Positions 10,417 through 21,299 of a DNA stretch of 34,464 nucleotides are shown here, piece by piece; position 1 is the first letter of the stretch, and each line of letters begins with the position of its first letter. The notes under the pieces were generated by a model that saw only the letters and a list, made by a program, of their open reading frames with translations, made no database searches and was not told the DNA's origin. Origin of the DNA: Thelocarpon superellum (Eukaryota); assembly GCA_026025795.1 (NCBI GenBank), contig JAPEUG010000014.1, forward strand, positions 62,001 through 96,464. Reading direction: 5' to 3'. A program made the position numbers and the translations under genes.

Positions 10417-13400
10417 TCACGCCACGACTTTGACCGCCCATGTCGACTGGCCCAAACTTTTCCCGCCACGCTCGCTACGCAGTCGCGTCCCGCCGTCCAC
10501 CATGTCCTTTCGCTCGTCGCGGACGCCGCGAAGCCGCTTACGTCGGGCCTCGGCACCACGTGAGTACGGAACGTCCGTCGATTCGGCCACCCAGGCCATC
10601 TTCTCAATCTTATAGCTCAGGCCGTCGTGGTTGTCGCCCCAGGCGCGTGAGCGTAGTCCACGTGACACCGTCGACGCGTAACGTTGCAGGGCGGGAAGTA
10701 CCACCAGGGTGATGTGGAGGTCCTTGTCCGTCGGCGGAGATATGGGTCCAGTGGGAGGCGGAGCCAGGAGCGTATCCGAAGGCAGATCGGTTGCGTCGTG
10801 GGTAGACCCGAGGTTAAGGAGAGACAAGTCCACGTCGTCCGCCCAGGCGCCCCGGATCCATCCGCCGTGGATCGCGGCCGCCACGACATCTGAGTCATCC
10901 GTGTAGATGCCCGTCCCCCACAGGGCGCGGCGTCGGACGATTTCTTCGCGGCTGTCGGAGAGGAGGTGATATCGAGGCACGCGCACGGTAAAGGTGCAGT
11001 TCTCTTGACCTTCAAAGTAGGGGAACGGTCGAGGGGTACTCTCGAATCCAAATTTGGAGTGGCGGGAGGGAGGAAGCACAGAGAGAGTGGGCGAGTACAA
11101 GGTCGAGCCAAGATGATGGCGGGGGAGATGGGCGACGCTGTCGAGCACGCCCTGGGAGAGGACCGTGGTCGTGGCGATCCGTGGGGGGGGCACCGGTGCG
11201 GCAGGAGTGGCCGACGGCGTGACACGGCCTGTCGTGGTAGCGTGATGATGATGGTGATGATGATGGTGGTGGTGGGCGGCGGGGTTCGAGACCACCGAGC
11301 CACTCTGTCCTGGCGTGATCGATCGAAAGACAGGATCCACAGAGGGGGGCAGCGCACGCAGCGGTGCATGTGTTGGGGAGGTGGGAGAGTGGTGATGATG
11401 ATGACTGGCAGAAGCAGCAGTGAGCATGTGATCAGGCGCATCACGAGCTAATGGCACATACTGGTGTGGGTGCGGGTGCGGGTGCGGATGATGGTGGTGA
11501 TGGTGGGGATGTCGCGCTTTGCGCACACCGTTGCCATTAATGGTACCGGGCGTGGCCCGACCATCGCCATTGTCGGTCTCTCCCTTGCCTTCGTCGTATT
11601 TCGCGCGCTTACCACGTCGCCCAACACGGGAGCCGGTCCGAGCAATTTGGAGCTCTTCTCCGTCCATGGGGACACTCATCCCCGTGTCGCCGCTGTCCTC
11701 CCGCTTGGTCGGGCTAGGTCCCAGCGTGGGCGTATGACGGCCGTTGGCCACGCTGCCAGGAGTGGCCATGGCGCTGCCCACGCCACTGCCGATGCCGGAG
11801 AACATGCGTCCAAATTCACTCTTAATGCCCGGTTCTTCGCCGGGGCCACTGAGCTGGCCTTGCGCGCCCTGCACAGCTTGCGGTAGTGGAGAGATCCGGC
11901 CGCTGCGTCGGCCGAGGTCGGCGCCGACACCGAGCTGGTTGCGCGACATCGGCCGAAGCCCATCCTCAACGTGATGCATGGGTGTCGGCCCCACATGGGG
12001 AGGGTGGCTGTTGGTGCTCGCGTCGCCGCCGGTAGGGTAGGGAGGGGATATTTCGGGGCGGATCTGAGGAGCGTCGGCTGGAGGATATTCGCCGTATTCG
12101 TGACGTCCATTGGGCAGATACGTCCCCTCGCTCATACGTCGACCAGAAGGGTCCGTCGCGGTGGAGGTGCCTGGATGGTGTGATTGTTGCTCTCCAGCTT
12201 CCCACGGCCGTGGATGTGACGGAGGATCTGAATGTCGTACATACTCCATCGGGGGCCCATCCGACACAGGGCGGACCGGCGATGATCCGGGTCCATTTCG
12301 ACGATGTTCGTGTTGACTAGGGTGGTGCCCACTATCATGCCCGGCGACCGGGTTGCGGTGGTATGGATCCGATGGGCCACGCAGCCCCCGATCACCATGG
12401 CTCCAGTCTCGGGATTCAGCCAACGCGGCTTGATACCTTGCACCCTCACCCGATGCAGGGGGCACTGGCATCGACGACACGGCAAACCGAGATTCGTCCG
12501 CAGCGTAGCGCGACGGGGCGCCGTGGCGGAGCGGCTGGCTACTCGGTCGTGGAGGTATGGAACCGTGAGATGAGTAGAAGGACGGGCCAGGGCGGTCAGT
12601 GGGAGAGTCCGACTGGGGCACGATTGGAGCTCGTGCCATCGGGTAGTGCTGCGATGGAGGCGCAGAAGTGACATGACCCGCTGCGGACGGCGAGCCTGCT
12701 GTATTGGCCTGGTGTTCCCGCACGTCGTGGGGTGGCCCGCGAGGATAGCGGTCAGGAGTTCTGGGTCGTCGATAGGGTGAGTACGCAGCCGGGCTGGCTG
12801 AGGGTGAGGCGGGCCGGATCGCGGCATAGCTCGGTGGACTGGACGAGGAAACGGTGGAAGGGTGGAAGTTGCGTGGCGGAGGAGGCGCACTATCTCGTGT
12901 GGGGGCTTGCGAGTCCGCTCCGAGCATGGATGAGATAGACATGCTACTCCCTGGTCGACCTGCCGACGAAATGGACGGCAGGTCACGTCCAGTGGAGAAC
13001 GTGGTGGAGGGTGATGGCGCGGGAACAGGACCGCGCGGCGGTGGCGTTGGGTACGTGGCGCCGGGAGCATACTGCTTCGGCGATGATGGCGGCGGCATCT
13101 GGCGCGCGGTGTATGAATGCGCCGGGGAGATGGTGGAGGACTCAGGTGCACCTGCAACGTACCGTGCGTCAGTGTCGGGTGGACCGGGAGGGGGGGGCTC
13201 CCGTCAGTACTCACCCCGATAGAAGTGGGGGGGGCTCCCACCCAACGATCCAGTGTGGCCATGGGCTCGTGTGGGTGTGGGCGCCTGGTGAGGCATGTCA
13301 TGCACGTCGCGCGGAGACGGACGTAAGGGCGATTGACTGTCGCCGTCGTGCGGACCTCGCAGGTTCGGCGGCGGATAGGACATGCTCGAGCCGTAGCTGT

Positions 13401-13788
13401 TGCGCCGCTTGTCATAGCTGTTGGGGATGGGCGGAGCGGGCCCGTTCAATTGGCTCACGGAGGACGGCGGCCAGCGCTGCGGAGGGGCATCCGTATAGGA
13501 GGCATGGCGTTGGTGCTTGAGGGAGTGCTCCGGGGGGGCCGAGTGGGGGGGTAGATCGCGTGGCTGTGAAGGATCGGACGGATATCGACGGTCGGCATGC
13601 TGGCTGGGAGAAGGAGCGATGACGTCCAGCTGGGAGGCACGCGGGGTGTAAGAGGAGGAAGACCACGACGAAGTCAAGGCCGGTGGAGGATGCTGTGGCG
13701 GTTGTGGTGGATGCGGGGGGTGTGGTTCGGGGCGCATCGACGCCGGATGCGGGTAGGGCGACGGATGTGCTGGAGGTCGCGACTCCAT
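10417..13788 (-). CDS. RXT3: Rxt3-domain subunit of the Rpd3L/Sin3 histone deacetylase complex; exons 13788-13215, 13151-11462, 11404-10417
   Basis: C-terminal Rxt3 motifs: ENCTFTVRVPR, RRALWGTGIYTDDSDVVAAAIHGGWIRG, DLHITLVVLPALQRY, RSRAWGDNHDGLSY. It has a long Pro/Ser/His-rich N-terminus and the IKSEFGRMFSGIGSG block. Introns: 13214-13152 (GTGAGT...CTGAC...CAG) and probably 11461-11405. The start codon is inferred. Confidence 0.88.
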
Positions 13789-14565
13789 CCCAGCAACGAG
13801 GCCGACGGAGGGGAAAAGAGCCAGCCGATGGCTGGACCTCAGTGCAAGAAGCGCGGTCGGGCGGGAATGCACAGAGGTGCACCGAGGGTCAAGGGAAGAA
13901 CCCGTTAAAGAGCCCGCTGATCGGTCGGTGATGAGGTGTCAGAGAGGAGAAGAATGACGATGGGCGGAAGAGGGTAACGGTCAGGCCCTGGTATTGGTGC
14001 CGGGATTGGTGGTGTTGCTGGTGCTGGTGCATCGTGCAGGGCTGCGGCTGCTGCAGGGCGCTTCAAGCTAGACGGACTGGACCCCAAAGTCTCGGCGGAG
14101 GCGCGGAGGCGTGGAGCCTCTTGTGCCTCGTTACCTGATGTCAACCTTAACCAGAAGCATGCATAACCCTGGGCCCCCGGCCCCCGGCCCCCGACGATCC
14201 ACCGCCTGGACCAGCCGAGGGAGCTGCCGGGAGACGGGGGACACGATCCAGCCGGAAGTGGATAGCGACGTTAGTCAGATGCGCTAGCGGAGCACTAAAC
14301 ATGGGAAGTCCCCTGGTCCCGCGTGATGCTTCGTCAACTTTCTGGCGTAGGCTGGGGAGGGGAGGTGGGAGGTGGGAAGCGGTCGGACGGCACCGTAGCC
14401 TGCACTTGTGGCTTCTATCGGTCGCCGGGGTTGGCAATATCGCGGGACCGCGGTCATAGCGTCCTCGTTCCACATTTGTGGTAGTAGGCGGGCAGGCGGC
14501 AGACCGCGGCCGGCCTCTTAAGACGGCACGCGGGACCCTCGTCGTCCGGCGAGAGAGCCATCTCC

Positions 14566-16086
14566 ATGCTACCCTTACCGGGGGCACCGTCTTCATCGTG
14601 GAGCATGTTCACTGCCCGCCTGCGGGCGAAGCTCCAGGGTGGGGAGGTGCGCGTGTGCGGCGCCTTTTGGCTATTCGGTGGGTCACGGTCCAGGGTCTAC
14701 GGATAGCGGAGAGACAGCACCTCTAATTGCGAACAGGCCTGATCAACAACGTGCTCTACGTGATCATCCTCTCGGCTGCCCTGGACCTCGTGGGCCCCGC
14801 CGTCCCCAAGGGACTGGTGCTCCTCGCCGACGTCGTACCCGGGGCATGCGTCAAACTGGCGGCGCCCTACTTCATCCACCATGTCGCCTATCGCGTGCGG
14901 ATCATCATCTTCGTCGTCCTGTCGACGGCGGGCATGTTTCTGATCGCCCTCACTCCAGAGACCAAGGATGGCGGGTCGATCGGGGGCAAGATGGTTGGCG
15001 TGGTGCTGGCCAGCTTGAGCTGCGGGGGCGGTGAGCTCAGCTTCCTTGCCATGACCCACTTTTACGGACAGTGGAGTCTGGCGGCGTGGAGCAGTGGCAC
15101 GGGGGCAGCGGGGCTGGTCGGCGCGGGAGCATACGTGACGGCGACCACGGTGCTAGGATGGAGCATCAGAGGGAGCCTGCTCGCGTCGGCCGTCCTCCCA
15201 CAAGTCATGATGCTCGCCTTCTTTGTCGTCCTGCCGCTGCGGCCCTTGCGCGACCCGACCCAGCGTGCCTCCATCAAGTACGAGGACCTACCCCACGACG
15301 ACCCGGTCGACAGCGGCTTCGAACAGGGCGAGGACGAAGCAGAAATGTCAGACTCTCTATCTTCAACAGCACGACTCCACGATGCATCAGCGACAAGGGT
15401 GAATACGGCATGGCACAACTTTACTGCGAATCTGCGACGGACAAGCCATCTCTTTGTTCCCTAGTAGGGAGTTCCGCTCTGCTGCATGGATATGATCACT
15501 AACCACCGTCTTCAGCATGCTCCCGCTCTTCATCGTCTACGTAAGCGAATACCTCATCAACCAAGGCGTGACCCCGACTCTTCTCTGGCCCCTCTCCTCA
15601 TCCCCATTTCAACACTTTCGGGACTTCTACCCCACCTATAACTGGAGTATGTTCCCCCTTTCCCCTTCACAACCACTCTGCTGACCCACACGCCTACCAC
15701 CAGTGTACCAAGCGGGCGTCTTCATCTCACGATCGTCCACGCCCGTCCTTCGGATCCACAGGCTGTACCCGCCATCCATCCTACAATTCGGGAACCTGGT
15801 CGTGCTCGTGCTCCTCTCGCTCTCGCTCCCCACGAGTCCCATCCTCTTTTATGCAACGCTGGTCCTCATATTCTGGGAAGGACTGCTGGGCGGCGTCGTA
15901 TACGTCAACACCTTCGCCGAGATCGCGGACGCCGTGCCCCTCCAGGACCGCGAGTTTTCCCTCGGCGCCACCTCCGTCAGTGACGCGCTGGGCATCTGCG
16001 TCGCGGGCTTCCTGGCCATGGCCGTCGAGCCCGCGCTGTGCAAGTGGCAGGTGAACCAGGGGAGGGAGTTTTGCACGGAGCTGTGA
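14566..16086 (+). CDS. BTN1: Battenin / CLN3 family vacuolar membrane protein; exons 14566-14677, 14737-15463, 15516-15646, 15704-16086
   Basis: [101 protein letters not shown], and a C-terminal CTEL CaaX-like end. Three GT-AG introns keep the frame. Confidence 0.95.
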
Positions 16087-16565
16087 GGTCGATTTGGTTC
16101 GCCGAGTGGACTCCAGTGCGCCACTGATTGCTGCACCGCGAGGGTAGCGAAGATGAAGGCCATGGCGGCGGCGGTGTCCCAACGGTCATTGCATCCAGGC
16201 GTTCCAGAAAGCTACGAGTCCCTCCGAGGAGTGTTCAGCATCATGTAGAACGAAGCATAGGTTGATAGAGCCGATCGTGCAACTTCCATCACCACCGTCT
16301 ATTCCATTCCAGTTCATTGGCATTCTCTTCTCTTCGACTACGACCACGGCAGTCCACTCCTCTGCTCCCCGTTTCTCTCCCGTGAGTCTAGTCTAATCTC
16401 CTCTTTTCATTCCTCCAAGCCGAACGAATCAGCTCCAGGTGCACAGTCGCATGCTGAATCCTGCCAAAGTACCCACATGCGCACGCGCGCACACGGAACA
16501 CACAAACGCATGCAGCAGAGTCATCAGGCGCATCAGTCTCATTGACGTCATGATCCTCATCCTCA

Positions 16566-18926
16566 TCAGCGAATCAACTCCATCGCCTCGTCCTCGATCC
16601 CCTCCAAGCTCTCCAGGATGTCGCTTCCGCCAAGGATGCCCTTCGTGCCTGAGACGCCGCGACGCGACTCCGTCCAGACCTCGTGGAACTTGACACTCTC
16701 GTCACTGCCAGCTACCACGATACAGCCCTCTTCCGTCGTGCGGCTGGTCCAGGTGCCGCCTTCGCCGCGGCTGGCCTTGGTGTTGGATTGGTTGGGGCCG
16801 CCCGGGTAGGCGATCGCGTACAACGCTCTCATCTCGCCCAGCCACGGGATGGCCACGACTTGACGGCATTCGGGCCACGTGAAGACGGCGATCCGGTAGG
16901 GGTGCTCGGGCTGTGCGTACCCGAACGTGGCGGCGATCTCGCGTCGGTGGGTCGACCAGAGAAGGGAGGTCACTTGGGCGGCAACGTTGATGGTGGCGAG
17001 ACAGGCTCCGGACGTCGTGTGGTAGAAGTGGATGCAGCGGTCATTGGACCCGCCTCCCGACGCGATCAGGCTCCGTTGCCAGGGGCAGAAGGCGATTGCT
17101 TTGACGGCGGCACCGTGGACCCAGCGGTATTTCTCGTGCCCGGCCTCGATGGAGTGGCTTCCTCCTCGTCCTGGAATGATGCGGCGCCGTCGGACACCGT
17201 CCTCTCCGACCACCTCCTCTTCTCCATCGGCCTCGGCCGTTTGGTTGGCACTCTGGCCTTGTGGAGCGAGGATGTTGTGGGTCTCAAAGAGGCAGCAGAC
17301 GTTGTCGTTCCCACCCGTGGCAAACATCTCGCCGTCCCGAGACCATGCCAATCCGCATATCTGCTGCGCGTGCACGCTGATCCGGGCCAGCAATGTCATC
17401 GCGCCGTGCCATGATGTCTTGGTTCGTTCGCGGACCGGCGACCACTCCACCGAATAATAATATACATTGCCTGCTTCGTCGCCCGCGAGGAGCTCCTCGG
17501 TCGGGACCAGACATGGCGGTCCGGGTTGACGCTCCGACGTTCGTGGAGTCACACTCGGTCTCCACGACAGACATGCCACGGGCGACGGCTGCTGCGCTTC
17601 AAATCGGGGCTCTTCATCGTAGAGGCTCCACAGTGCAATCTGCCCGTCGGATCGGCCGATAGCCAGGATGCTGAACCCCCCTTCGGTCGACGAGAATGAG
17701 AGAGACGTCACGTATGCCATGGCGACCCACACCGGCGTCAACGGCTGCACCCCATGCATCTCGGACCAGATGAAGACCTTGTCGTTGAGACCCACGGCTA
17801 GCGAGTGTGCAGTGGCGGAATAGGCCAGCAACGAGCAATAAAAGTCGTCTCGCAGCTGTGGTGCATCCAGCACTCGAAAGGGCGTGAACGGCACGGGCCG
17901 CTTGTCCGAGGCCTTTTTGACGGCTCTCCGGGGACTTGCGTCACGTCGCCACTCGTTGTCACGCCAGGTGGTCACGCTGTCTGATTGACGTGGTCCTGGG
18001 GAGCCCGCGCTGGCACTGCGACTCATGAGCGATCTGGAAGGAGATGCTTGATCAACCGGGGTGGAGCAGTCAAAGACGCGGTTGGTTTGGTCCACGTCCA
18101 TGGCTAACGCCAGCCTCGCTTCGTGTCTTTCGAGGTCATCGTCCGGCGCGATGTTGTTCTGGAACCGGAGCGTGTACATGGGGGCGTTGGTGCCACTTCC
18201 GAGCACGCCGCCACGTCCGTTGGGCACGGCCGCGACAGGTCCGGGACTGGGTGGCCCGATTGACCCACCGATGCTCCACACCGCGCCCAGACTGGCTTGA
18301 CGGTTGCGAGAGCTATCAGAGTCCCGGCGAACACTCAGCACCCCCGTCTGCCCAGTCGAGCCGAGCCGGACGCTCTGAAGCCGTCGCGAAGGAACGCGAA
18401 GAGGGGCTACGCGTTCCGCATCGGAGACCCGAGGATACGTGGCCGAAACAAAGGGGTCCGTCGTTGCCGCTCTCTGGCGGAGGTATTTTTCCCGGCTCGA
18501 GAGGCGATGTGGTGCTTTGCTCATGTGAAAACTCTTCGTCGACTCGTTTGGAGATCGACGGGCGGGGATAAAGCGATCCCGGCTGGCGTAGCTGGAGCGA
18601 GCACGCAAGCGGGATCCGGCACTAAAGGACCTGAAGCGTGTTCGACGTGCAGGGAAAAGCGCATCCTTGAAGTACGGTGGCTTCAATCTCGATGATGTAC
18701 GAGGAAAAGGAAATGCACCTCGGGCAAGACTGGCTTGACCCAGGGGGGTAGAAGGTGACGACGCTCCCTCGTCTGATGGAAACAGGGCCGTGCGAGAGTG
18801 TGGGGAGTCGTCTGAATCATCAGAAACGGATTCAACAGCAGTAGACGACGACGGATGACTCCGTAATGGGAGATCGTGGTCCGATCGATTAGTGCGGTCC
18901 ACCAAGTCCATTGTGAAGAAAGGCAT
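16566..18926 (-). CDS. AMA1: Cdc20/Fizzy-family WD40 APC/C co-activator, Ama1-like (meiosis/sporulation type)
   Basis: Single 786-aa ORF with C-box DRFIP, PFRVLDAPQLRDDFYCSLLAYS, HAQQICGLAWS, ATGGNDN, HGAAVKAIAFCPWQRSLIASGGGSNDRCIHF, QVTSLLWS and a C-terminal IR tail. Ama1 versus other Cdc20 paralogues is an inference from the divergent motifs. Confidence 0.85.
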   Translation of the reverse strand: MPFFTMDLVDRTNRSDHDLPLRSHPSSSTAVESVSDDSDDSPHSRTALFPSDEGASSPSTPLGQASLARGAFPFPRTSSRLKPPYFKDALFPARRTRFRSFSAGSRLRARSSYASRDRFIPARRSPNESTKSFHMSKAPHRLSSREKYLRQRAATTDPFVSATYPRVSDAERVAPLRVPSRRLQSVRLGSTGQTGVLSVRRDSDSSRNRQASLGAVWSIGGSIGPPSPGPVAAVPNGRGGVLGSGTNAPMYTLRFQNNIAPDDDLERHEARLALAMDVDQTNRVFDCSTPVDQASPSRSLMSRSASAGSPGPRQSDSVTTWRDNEWRRDASPRRAVKKASDKRPVPFTPFRVLDAPQLRDDFYCSLLAYSATAHSLAVGLNDKVFIWSEMHGVQPLTPVWVAMAYVTSLSFSSTEGGFSILAIGRSDGQIALWSLYDEEPRFEAQQPSPVACLSWRPSVTPRTSERQPGPPCLVPTEELLAGDEAGNVYYYSVEWSPVRERTKTSWHGAMTLLARISVHAQQICGLAWSRDGEMFATGGNDNVCCLFETHNILAPQGQSANQTAEADGEEEVVGEDGVRRRRIIPGRGGSHSIEAGHEKYRWVHGAAVKAIAFCPWQRSLIASGGGSNDRCIHFYHTTSGACLATINVAAQVTSLLWSTHRREIAATFGYAQPEHPYRIAVFTWPECRQVVAIPWLGEMRALYAIAYPGGPNQSNTKASRGEGGTWTSRTTEEGCIVVAGSDESVKFHEVWTESRRGVSGTKGILGGSDILESLEGIEDEAMELIR

Positions 18927-19639
18927 CCCACCAGCGACACAGACGCAGACGCGGGGGGGAAACGACGTGAAGGAAGGCAGTATGCTCGAAGCTCGGGGTC
19001 CAGACTACTATCGGTTCTCGACCGTCTCCGGATTGGCAAAGGCGGTGCCTGGCCAAAGCTGGAGAGGGAAACGAACGGCGTGCTCCGAACGAAAGGGCCA
19101 GGGCCGAGGTGCACGAATGAGGGCCAAAAGAACGAGTGCGAGTGGAAACCGAGCGGTTTCCAGCGAACTATCCATAAACGATAGCAGCGTTCAGAAGGAA
19201 TGCAGCAGCAAGAGTCGAGAGGGGAGGTTGGAAGTCGAGCCTCGATCCTCGAGCCTCGAGCGTCGAGCGTCGATTGTCGACGGATGGATGCAAGGTAACG
19301 ACCGAGAGGCGCGCCTAGAAAGTGAGTGGCGGATGCTGGTGATAAGGATGTGGGGGTTCCAAAGTGCTGGTGGGGGAGCGAGACAGCAGCGGCTGGACGT
19401 AACCAATCGATCGGCACGAGAAGAGAAGAGGTGCAAAGGAGGGACAAGAGCGAAGAGATGAAGATGGTGTGTTCAGGGATGAGGGGACGGCGGGCCGACG
19501 AGGCGGCTACACACAACAAACGGCGATTCGGTCGGGGTCACAATCGTCGCTTACCTCACGAGAGCTGCCTCGTCCAGTGTAGGGCACCCCACCTGCAGAG
19601 TCCCCTCATCCCCCGGGGACCGCACCCTTCAACCCAAGC

Positions 19640-21042
19640 ATGGCAAGCGTAGGTGATGTTTGCGTCTTTGGTGTTGTGATTCTACAGTGCCGTCTGACCA
19701 GGACATAGCATGGTATTCCGCGGACGGCGCCGGCCGCAGCCAAGTCCGACGCAGGTCGCCTCAAGGAGCTGAAGTCGATCGAGGAGTATCAACAGCTCGT
19801 GAAGCTCATAGAAAGCAAGGTATCCGGTAGAGCGAGCCTCAAGACGCCCGAGCAGGGAGTTGATAGTCCGTACACAGATCCGGGAAGGACAGTACACGAC
19901 CGAGTCCTTCGACCTGACCTCGCGGCTCCTGAAGCTCAACCCGGAATACTACACGATCTGGAACGAGCGGCGACGGATCCTGCTACGGGGCTTCTTCCCG
20001 CCTCCTGCGTCTCCGCCGTCGGAAGATGGGATCTCCAAGCGGCAGCAGGTGATCGGCGACCTCATCCAATCGGAGCTATCTTTTCTGATTCCCCTGTTAC
20101 GAAAATTCCCCAAATGCTACTGGATCTGGAACCACCGGCTATGGCTACTGGAGCAAGCAACCGTGCAGCTTTCCACTGCTGCCGCACGTGGCCTATGGGA
20201 GGCTGAGCTCGGGCTGGTGGGGAAGATGCTGGTACTCGACAGTCGGAACTTCCATGGGTGGGGATACCGACGGATGGTCGTTGACAAGCTGGAGAGTGCA
20301 CCGCTCTGCCCCCCCCCGCAGGACGACAGCGGGGAGACCGAAGGGTCAACGGGCCGATCAATGGCCGAGGCGGAATTCCAATACACGACGAAGATGGTGG
20401 AGACGAACCTGTCCAACTTCTCCGCGTGGCATTACAGGAGTAAACTCACGCCTCGACTTCTGCAGGAGCGACAAGCAGACGGCGAAGCCCGACGAGCATT
20501 TTTAGCCCACGGTACGCCGACCTATCGACTCCTCCGAGCAGCAGCACTACTCACGAGATATAGAGCTCGAGACGATCCTGACGGCACTGTACACCGACCC
20601 CTTTGACCAGTCTGTATGGTTCTACCACGCGTGGCTGATGTCAACGATACTCCCGCCTCCCGCCTCCGCTTCCTCTTCTTCCTCCTCATCCGCCTCGTCA
20701 GGAGCAAAGAGCATAGTCACGAACCTGACCGCGCACGAGCGAGCAGCCCTGTTACGCACGGAGATCCAGAAACTCACGGACCTGCTCGAGGTCGCGGACG
20801 ACTGCAAATGGATCTACGAGGCGCTGATCCGGTATTCGCTGGTTGTGCGGGAGATGGAGACAAGTGACCGCTCTCGCGCTGAGACAACACAGCCGCATGA
20901 CCGTGTCGCAGGCGGTGAGGAGGTCCCATCGACAGGCGAGACGCTGCTGGCGTGGTTGGCGACACTGCGCGCGCTGGATCCGCTGCGTAGGGGGCGGTGG
21001 GATGATCTGGAGGCTTCTATTGGTACGACCTTTGGCTTCTGA
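19640..21042 (+). CDS. BET4: Rab geranylgeranyltransferase (GGTase-II) alpha subunit; exons 19640-19648, 19709-19819, 19878-20511, 20564-21042
   Basis: MAS|HGIPR N-terminus; prenyltransferase-alpha repeats LNPEYYTIWNERR, FPKCYWIWNHRLW, DSRNFHGWGYRR, NLSNFSAWHYRSKL, TDPFDQSVWFYHAWL; C-terminal LDPLRRGRWDDL. Confidence 0.94.
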
Positions 21043-21299
21043 TGCGTCTGCATGCAAGGGCGTGGGTAAAGTGACGTTGAGCGTGGTGATATGATGCATG
21101 TGAGTGATGAGTCAGGGCGGGGGAAGCAGGGAATAGGATATGATACACAGTGGAAAGGCGAAGACGATATTCATCGACAAAAGGGTATCGGTATCTTGCG
21201 ACAACCGCAAACCACAGAGGAATAGCACAAACTGCGCGTCCGCTCATGGCGCTCAAAGCACCCGCTCCCCTCCCGTGGTCGCCAAGACAGACAGGACCG

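Noticed and set aside
10617..13520. Long alternative-frame and antisense ORFs over Rxt3 (e.g. 12132-13415)
   Set aside because: They are expected from GC-rich low-complexity coding sequence and contain no recognisable motifs.
13905..14596. Minus-strand ORFs upstream of Rxt3 (13905-14144, 14147-14596) as uORFs or extra exons
   Set aside because: The starts are non-ATG, there is no recognisable homology, and I found no convincing splice path into the Rxt3 frame.
18683..19652. ORFs in the Ama1/BET4 divergent intergenic region
   Set aside because: The composition is UTR- or promoter-like and the translations lack any family signal.
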